A stretch of 64,000 nt of DNA, taken from Mantamonas sphyraenae STR306 (taxonomy: Eukaryota; Protista; CRuMs). This document shows, piece by piece, positions 56,002 through 64,000 of the stretch (position 1 is its first letter; each line of letters begins with the position of its first letter). The notes below the pieces were generated by a model. That model was not told the origin of the DNA and did not search any database. It worked only from the letters and a program-made list of their open reading frames with translations. The stretch covers positions 214,373 through 278,372 of the forward strand of contig JAPMXV010000019.1 in the NCBI GenBank assembly GCA_026936335.1, read 5' to 3'. Position numbers and translations under genes: made by a program.

Positions 56002-59000
56002 TTACTCTAGGCGTTGGCGTTTGGAGGAGGAGGATGAGGAGGAGGAGGAGGAGGAGGAGGAGGAGGGAGGAGGAGGAGGAGGAGGAGGAGGAGGAGGAAG
56101 GGTCTTTGCGCTTGGGGAGGGTGAAGGAGGGGATGGGGTAGGCGTTGACGAGTGCGACGGTGGTGGGGCGGGTGGTGATGTGGGGTGTGATGCGGTCGAT
56201 GAGGGTGTGGAGGAGAGTGTGCAGTGTAGCGTCGCTGCGTTGGGGTTTGTCGAGCCAGGCGATCTTGAGGGAGAGGGAGGTGACGCCGCGGGTGAGGGTG
56301 TCCTTGATGGCAACGTGAACCTGCTTGTAGGTGACGGGAGGCCTCAGGAGGCGGACAAAGAAGGCCAAGTCGACAGGCGGCACGGCAACGTTGCCCAGCG
56401 CCAGGATGATGTGTCGCACCAGGGACTGCAGGCTGCCGTTGTTGATCAGCTCACGCAGTGCATGGTGCTCGTGTGTGTGCTGATGGCGAGGGTGCTTGGC
56501 TGCACGTGTCTTCATGTGTGCCAGCAGCGTCTGGAACTCCCGCGCCGTGCAGCTGCCACGCTCGTCGGCCTTGTTGCTCCAGCCAGTGCGCACAGACTCT
56601 GGTTGCCACTGTTCCACGTTGGTTGTGGTAAGGTGCTGGTCGTAGTCGCATTGTGTCCAGTGCGGGTCGCTGTTGTTGTCAGCAGGGCGTCGTGCTTCCT
56701 GCAGCCGCAGCTGGGTCTGCTTGTGCTCCTTCCAGGTGGTGGGTTGGGAGCTGTTGCCAAGTGTGTCCATCTCTGTCATGAGCAGGTGGAGGAGGGCGTA
56801 GTTGGGGTTCCCGTGGTCTTGTGGCTCCTCCAGCCAGCACACCTTCAACCCAGCCTTTGTCACACCCATGGCCAGACCAGCGTGGATGATGGCATCGCTG
56901 CACGCCTTTTGATCCATATCACGGCCGAGAAGAGTGAGGCAGAAGCCCATGTCGCCCTGGGAGAGAGGAATGTTGCCCAGAGCGAGCTGAATCTGTCGGA
57001 CCAGCGTGCTCAGGGTGCCATGGCAGACGACAATACGCGCATGCAGGGTCACCAGGTCGGGGATGTCGTCGATGTGATGCTCATTGGCCAGGGTGTGCAT
57101 GTGGTTCAGCAGTGCCGTGTGCTCCTTCTTGTTGCTGTGGCTGCGCTCGCTCTTGCGCCACTTTGTCCAACCACTGCGCACAACGCCATCTGGCAGTCCT
57201 TCCTCCACGGCCATCACCTCCTCCGTTGTAGGCTTGGTCAGAACGAGCTCTGGGATGTCGAGGGTGTTGACGGCGTCGACTGTGGTGGGACGGGTGGTGA
57301 TGTGGGGTGTGATGCGGTCGATGAGGGTGTGGAGGAGGGTGTGCAGTGTGGCGTCGCTGGGTTTGGGGTTGTCGAGCCAGGCGATCTTGAGGGAGAGAGA
57401 GGTGACGCCACGGGCGAGTGTGCTGCCGATGGCAGGGGAAAGCAGCCTGTAGGTGACGCGTGGCCTGAGGAGGCGGACAAAGAAGGCCAGGTCGACGGGC
57501 GGCACGCCAACGTTGCCCAGCGCCAGGATGATGTGTCGCAGCAGGGACAGCAGGTTGCCGTTGTTGATCAGCTCACGCAGTGCCTGGTGCTCGTGTGTGT
57601 GCTGATGGCGAGGGTGCTTGGCTGCACGTGCCTTCATGTGTGCCATCAGCGTCTGGAACTCCCGCGCCGTGCAGCTGCCACGCTCGTCGGCCTTGTTGCT
57701 CCAGCCAGTGCGCACAGACTCTGGTTGCCACTGTTCCACGTTGGTTGTGGTAAGGTGCTGGTCGTAGTCGCATTGTGTCCAGTGCGGGTCGCTGTTGTTG
57801 TCAGCAGGGCGTCGTGCTTCCTGCAGCCGCAGCTGGGTTTGCTTGTGCTCCTTCCAGGTGGTGGGTTGGGAGCTGTTGCCGAGAGTGTCCATCTCTGTCA
57901 TGAGCAGGTGGAGGAGGGCGTAGTTGGGGTTCCCGTGGTCTTGTGGCTCCTCCAGCCAGCATACCTTCAATCCATCCTCTGTCACACCCACGGCCAGACC
58001 AGCGTCGTGGACGGCTTTGCTGCACGCCTGTTGATCAACTTTACGACCGAGAAGGGTGAGGCAGAAGGCCATGTCGCCCTGGGAGAGGGGAATGTTGCTC
58101 AGAGCGAGCTGAATCTGTCGGACCAGCGTGGTCGTAGTGCCATGACAGACCACAACACGCGCCTGCAGGGTCATGAGGTCGGGGATGTCGTCGATGGGAT
58201 GCTCGTTGGCCAGGGTGTGCATGTGCTTCAGCAGTGCCGAGTGCTCCTTCTTGTTGCTGTGGCTGCGGTCGTCATTGGGTCCCCATGTCCACCCTTTGCG
58301 CACAAACCCAGCTGGCAACTTGTTCGTCTTGTCCACCCCTGCGTTCTTAAGTGCGCCGTTGTCTCCGTTCTTGGCCCTCCTTGCTCGTGAGCTCGACGTT
58401 CCTGTCTCTGTGCCACTGCCAGCCGTGACCCTGCGACTGACCTGTCCGCTGCCTTTCATCATTTGTGAACCAGTACGACGGCTGGTGTGGCCTTTGCGAC
58501 GTTGTGCGTGGCCTCTACTGGTGCGCCTCGGCTGCCATTCGTCCGTGCCCTCCTGCTCCATGTCGTCTGCGTCGTCGTCGCTGTCGTCTTGCGGCATGTA
58601 CTCCTCATCCATAGCATCACCAGTGTCTGCGAAGCTGAGTGGACCCTGAATTTGCAACTCGACATCCAGGTGCTGCGGGGTTGCGTCGTTTGCCTCGCCG
58701 TCTTCTTCGTACGCCTCCATCCATGAGCTGGCCATCCATTCTGAGTTGCTGGAGATTGACCGTGCTTCACGGTGGCCAAAGTTCAGGAACATCAGGTCCT
58801 CCACGTCGCCGGGTTCATGTGTGTGTGTGTCTTGGTCTGCGTCGTCGTCGTCGCTGTCTCCAGTCTGCCGTGTGGCCTGGTGGGAGGAGGACGACGATGT
58901 GGTGGTGGATGTGGTCCGTGTGATGCCAACAAAGGCAGGGCTGATGCGTTTGGGGACGCGGTTGTGGTTTGTGGTGGGTTGAGCAGGAAGAGGGTGCAAC

Positions 59001-59619
59001 GGAGGCCGAGCGAAGTGCACCTGGGCGGTTTGTCGCGCCTGAGGAGGCGGGGGAGGAGGGTAGGTGTAGTATGGGTGGCGCTGATGAGCATATGCGTAGT
59101 GCTGCTGGTGGGGGTGGGTGGTGACAGGGACCCAGATGATGGGTGGTTGGGGGTGCTGGTACGGGTTTTGTACGCCAGAAACGGGCAGCATGTTCGGAAA
59201 CGGCTGGGCAGCCATGGGAGGGACCATGTACGCGTAGCTGTGGGGAGACGGGGAGGGGCGAGGCGAGGTAGGAACGGTGAGCGGAAGCCGGCATGGACGC
59301 CCTCAGGGCAGGAGCAGGGTGAAGGGAGGCTGGAACGAGCAAAGAGGGGAAAACGGAGGAGATTGGCCGACGGAGAAACTGGCAACGGGGAGGGCAGTGA
59401 CAGGGGAGACGGGATCGGAGAAGAGCGGAGAAGACAGCAGCGGTGGTGATGGGGAAGTGGAGATGCAGGGGAGGAGTGGAGGGAAGCGACGGAGGCATGG
59501 AGGAGGCATGGAAGCGGGAGAAGCGGGCAGTCAGAAAACGGAGTGGAAGGCAGAACGCACGCTGGGTAGGTGTTGGGTGTATGTTGTTGCTTCGGAGTGC
59601 TTGAGTAGTCTTTGTCCAT
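56002..59619 (-). CDS. Subtelomeric unknown-family protein, copy B (~1,097 aa, two module pairs); exon 1 59561-59619, intron 59238-59560; 1-nt break in the (GGA)n tract ~56067
   Basis: Exon MDKDYSS...YPA splices via GTGCGT...CCCCACAG to YAYMVPPM in phase 2. There is an internal 1,122-bp tandem duplication. The shared SSSSKRQRLE* end lies in the shifted frame. Confidence 0.75.
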
Positions 59620-59934
59620 GATGGTGGTGGTGGTACAGGAGTGTATGTTGATTGTATTGGACAGGTGGAGGGTGTTGTGGGTGTTGATGACACTTTGGTT
59701 GCAGGCGGATGGGTGGGGTGCACAGGTGGACGAGGCTAAAGAGACGGGGTTGGTGATGAACGGGGAAGAGAGGGAGGCGATGTTTGCGTGTGGAGTGATG
59801 GAGGAGTATGTGGAGGAGAGAGGGTGGGAAGGGTGGGTGACATTGCCGGATGAGGTGATGGAGAGGGTGGTGCAGTGGGTGGGGAGGGGAGGGTGATTGG
59901 GTGGGTGGAGAGGGTGTAGGAATGAAAGGGTGGT

Positions 59935-62396
59935 TCATTCGAGGCGTTGGCGTTTGGAGGAGGAGGAGGAGGAGGAGGAGGAGGAGGAGGAGGAGGAAGG
60001 GTCTTTGCGCTTGGGGAGGGTGAAGGAGGGGATGGGGTAGGCGTTGACGAGTGCGATGGTGGTGGGGCGGGTGGTGATGTGGGGTGTGATGCGGTCGATG
60101 AGGGTGTGGAGGAGGGTGTGCAGTGTGGCGTCGCTGGGTTGGGGGTTGTCGAGCCAGGCGATCTTGAGGGAGAGGCAGGTGACACCGCGGGTGAGGGTGT
60201 TGATGGCACCTTGAACCTGCTGGTAGGTGAGGTGTGGCCTGAGGAGACGGACAAAGAAGGCCAGGTCGACAGGCGGCACGCCAATGTTGCCCAGCGCAAG
60301 GATGATGTGTCGCAGCAGGGACTTCAGGCTGCCGTTGTTGATCAGCTCACGCAGTGAAGGGCACTTGTGTGTGTGTTGACGGCGAGGGTGCTTGGCTGCG
60401 CGTGCCTTCATGTGTGCCAGCAGCGTCTGGAACTCCCGCGCCGTGCAGCTGCCACGCTCGTCGCTGGGAGTACCCTTGCTCCAGCCACTGCACACAGACT
60501 CAGGATGCCACTGATTCACCGTGGTGGTGGTGAGGTGGTGGTCGTAGTCGCATTGAGTCCAGTGTGGGTCGCTGTCGTTGTCAGCAGGGCGTCGTGCTTG
60601 CTGCAGCCACAGCTGGGTTTGCTTGTGCTCCTTCCATGTGCTGGGATGGGGCCTGTCGCCGAGAGTGTCCATCTCCGTCATGAGCAGGTGGAGGAGGGCG
60701 TAGTTGGGGTCGCCGTGGTCATGTGGGTCCTCCAGCCAACACACCTTCAACCCAGCCTTTGTCACACCCATGGCCAGACCAGCGTTGAGGATGGCGAGTC
60801 TGCACTCGTTGTGACCCACGTCACGGCCGAGAAGGGTGAGGCAGAAGGCCATGTCGCCCTGGGAGAGGGGAATGTTGCCCAGAGTGAGCTGGATCTGTCG
60901 GACCAGCGTGGTCAGGGTGCCATGGCAGACGACAACACGCGCCTGCAGGGTCATGAGGTCTGGAATATCGTCAATGGGGTGCTCGTTGGCCAGGGCGTGC
61001 ATGTGGTTCAGCAGTGCCGTGTGCTCCTTCTTGCTGCAGCGGCTGCGCTCGTCACTGGGTCCCATTTTCCACCCTTTGCGCACAACTCCATCTGGCAACT
61101 TCTTCGTCTTGTTCGCACCTGCTTTCTTCCGCGCGCCGTTGTCTCCGTTCATGGCCCTCCTTGCCCGTGTGCTCGACGTTCCTGTCTCTGTGCCACTGCC
61201 AGCCGTGACCCTGCGCCTGCGCTGTACGCTGCCTTTCATCGAGTGAGGACCAGTGCGTCGGCTGGCGTTGCCTCTGCGACGTTGTGCGTGGCCTCTGCTT
61301 GTGTGTCTCGGCTGCCATTCGTCCGTGTGCTCCTGCTCCATGTCGTCTATGTCATCGTCGCTGTCGTCCTGCGGCATGTACTCCTCTTCCATGGCATTAC
61401 CGGTGTCTGCATTGCTGACTGCGCCCTGAGGGTCCAACTCGTCGTCCCCTTGCTGCTGGGTTGCGTCGTTTGCCTCGCCGTCTTCTTCGTACGCCTCCAT
61501 CCCTGTGCTGGTCATCCACTCTGAGTTGCTGGGGACTGACCGTGGTTCACGGTGGCCAAAGTTCAGGAACATCAGATCCTCCACATCGCCGGTGTCATGT
61601 GTGAGTGTGTCCTGGTCTGCGTCGTCGTCGTCGCTGTCTCCAGTCTGCTGTGTGGCCTGGTGGGAGGAGGACGACGATGTGGTGGTGGATGTGGTCTGTG
61701 TGATGCCGACAAAGGCAGGGCTGATGCGTTTCGGGACGCTGTTGTGGTTTGTGGTGGGTTGAGCAGGCGGAGGGTGAAACGGAGTCTGAGCGAAGTGCAT
61801 CTGGGCGGTTTGTCGCGGCTGAGGAGGCGGCGGAGGAGGGTAGGCGTAGTATGAATGGCCGTGATGAGCATATGCGTTGTACTGCTGGGAATGGGTGTTG
61901 ACAGGGACCCAGATGATAGGTTGTTGTGGGTGCTGGTACGGGTTTTGTACGCCAGAGACGGGCAGCATGTTCGGAAACGGCTGGGCAGCCATGGGAGGGA
62001 CCATGTACGCGTAGCTGTGGGGAGACGGGGAGGGGCAGGGCGGGGTGAGTAACGGTGAGCAGGAGGTGCAATGGACGCCGTCAGGGCAGAAGCGGGGTGA
62101 AGGGAGGCTGGAACGAGCAAAGAGGGAAAACGGACGCGATTGGCAGACCGGGAAACTGGCAAAGGCGAGGGCAGGGACAGGGGAGAGGGGATCGGAGAAG
62201 TGCGGAGAAGGCAGCGACGGTGGTGATGGGGAAGTGGAGATGCAGGCGAGGAGTGCAGGGAAGCAACGGAGGCATGGAGGAGGCAAGGAAGCGGGAGAAG
62301 CGGGCAGTCAGAAAACGGAGTGCAAGGCAGAACGCACGCTGGGTGGGTGTTGGGTGTATGTTGTTGCTTCGGAGTGCTTGAGTAGTCCTTGTCCAT
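59935..62396 (-). CDS. Subtelomeric unknown-family protein, copy C (~712 aa); exon 1 62338-62396, intron 62015-62337
   Basis: Same two-exon structure as copy B, with an intact ORF ending SSSSKRQRLE. Confidence 0.8.
59956..59997. repeat. (GGA)n trinucleotide tract encoding poly-Ser; equivalent tracts at ~53845-53877 and ~56024-56098
   Basis: Seen directly; the length differs between family copies. Confidence 0.9.
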
Positions 62397-62781
62397 GGTG
62401 GTGGTGATGGAACTGGAGTATATGTGTATTGTGTTGGACAGGTGGAGGAAGTTGTGGGTGTTGGTGACATTTTGGTTGAAGGCGGATGGGCAGTGCTGAC
62501 TGCGCGGCGTTGCATGACGACGGCCACTCACCAGAGACATTTACACTTCGACCCATTGCCCACTGCCCCATGTCACCACCCCACTCAGCCACCCCGCCTG
62601 CTGACACAAGCACAACTCACAAGACATAGACCGCACTCATAACAACAGGGGCATTCCAATATGTTAGGATTAAGAACGATAGAATCGCACAAGCGTAACC
62701 CAGGCACCTTAGAATTTGGAACCGATGACCCTACTCCCGCAAAATCGATGACACGGCAGATAGAATCGGCAAACACTGACC

Positions 62782-63616
62782 CTAAACCGGAACCCAGACA
62801 ATCAACAACGGTTCATGTGTGAGTGTGTCCTGGTCTGCGTCGTCGTCGTCGCTGTCTCCAGTCTGCTGTGTGGCCTGGTGGGAGGAGGACGACGATGTGG
62901 TGGTGGATGTGGTCTGTGTGATGCCGACAAAGGCAGGGCTGATGCGTTTGGGGACGCGGTTGTGGTTTGTGGTGGGTTGAGCAGGAAGAGGGTGCAACGG
63001 AGGCCGAGCGAAGTGCACCTGGGCGGTTTGTCGCGCCTGAGGAGGCGGGGGAGGAGGGTAGGTGTAGTATGGGTGGCGCTGATGAGCATATGCGTAGTGC
63101 TGCTGGTGGGGGTGGGTGGTGACAGGGACCCAGATGATGGGTGGTTGGGGGTGCTGGTACGGGTTTTGTACGCCAGAAACGGGCAGCATGTTCGGAAACG
63201 GCTGGGCAGCCATGGGAGGGACCATGTACGCGTAGCTGTGGGGAGACGGGGAGGGGCGAGGCGAGGTAGGAACGGTGAGCGGAAGCCGGCATGGACGCCC
63301 TCAGGGCAGGAGCAGGGTGAAGGGAGGCTGGAACGAGCAAAGAGGGAAAACGGACGCGATTGGCAGACCGGGAAACTGGCAAAGGCGAGGGCAGGGACAG
63401 GGGAGAGGGGATCGGAGAAGTGCGGAGAAGGCAGCGACGGTGGTGATGGGGAAGTGGAGATGCAGGCGAGGAGTGCAGGGAAGCAACGGAGGCATGGAGG
63501 AGGCAAGGAAGCGGGAGAAGCGGGCAGTCAGAAAACGGAGTGCAAGGCAGAACGCACGCTGGGTGGGTGTTGGGTGTATGTTGCTGCTTCGGAGTGCTTG
63601 AGTAGTCATTGTCCAT
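62782..63616 (-). pseudogene. Truncated telomere-proximal copy D of the subtelomeric family (exon 1 63558-63616, exon 2 63235-62782)
   Basis: Near-identical to the 5' parts of B and C. Homology ends abruptly at ~62810 (THEP|LLIVWVPV*), so the conserved modules are missing. Confidence 0.8.
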
Positions 63617-63895
63617 GGTGGTGGTGGTGGTACTGGAGTGTATGTGGATTGTATTGGACTGGTGGAGGGTGTTGTGGGTGTTGGTGATACTTTGGTTGAA
63701 GGCGGATGGGCAGTGCTGACTGCGCGGCGTTGCAGGACGACGGTCACTAACCAGCGACATTTCCACTCCCACCCATTGCCCACCGCACCATCTCACCGCC
63801 CAACTCAGCCACCCCGCCACCAGACACAAGCACAACTCACGTGACATAAACCGGACCCATCTAGACACCACCATTTTTCAAACATAACATAAGAC

Positions 63896-64000
63896 TAGGG
63901 TTAGGGTTAGGGTTAGGGTTAGGGTTAGGGTTAGGGTTAGGGTTAGGGTTAGGGTTAGGGTTAGGGTTAGGGTTAGGGTTAGGGTTAGGGTTAGGGTTAG
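63896..64000 (+). repeat. Telomere (TTAGGG)n
   Basis: About 17 perfect TTAGGG units run to the window end, with the G-rich strand oriented 5'->3' toward the end. Confidence 0.99.

Noticed and set aside
53818-63616. Subtelomeric repeats as a transposon or retroelement
   Set aside because: No RT, integrase, transposase or helicase motifs and no TIRs, LTRs or target-site duplications are visible; the copies retain an intron.
1-64000. Alternative genetic code or stop readthrough
   Set aside because: Conserved genes translate cleanly with the standard code and end in TGA or TAA; the breaks are frame changes, not in-frame stops.
1-64000. tRNA or rRNA genes
   Set aside because: None recognisable by eye; almost all sequence is accounted for by protein-coding genes.

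Overview
This window is the right-hand end of a chromosome from a very compact, GC-rich eukaryote. It is probably a flagellated protist (CEP350-like and BIVM-like genes), but the taxon cannot be fixed from the sequence. It uses the standard code, has short GT-AG introns with a strong CTGAC/CTCAC branch motif, and ends in a (TTAGGG)n telomere. From left to right the genes are: mitochondrial citrate synthase; a thioredoxin(WCGHC)/C-type-lectin membrane protein; a long coiled-coil protein; GUF1/LepA; a hypothetical protein; BIVM-like; CCDC47; CEP350-like; NDUFAF6; a ~2,700-aa secreted, very basic protein; a ~3,400-aa beta-propeller/filamin/IPT/multi-TM receptor-like protein; two convergent TmcB-like PAS membrane proteins, each ending in a TauE/SafE-like domain; and a subtelomeric array of an unrecognised gene family (three full-length copies and one truncated mosaic copy). 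About 14 single-base frame breaks at homopolymers split several long genes in the ORF track, most likely long-read errors. The best novelty candidates are the giant cationic secreted precursor with theta-defensin-like and protegrin-like tail motifs, the subtelomeric repeat-domain family, the TmcB-TauE fusions, and G/C-skew domains that ignore gene orientation. All domain calls come from motif recognition by eye; no searches were run.
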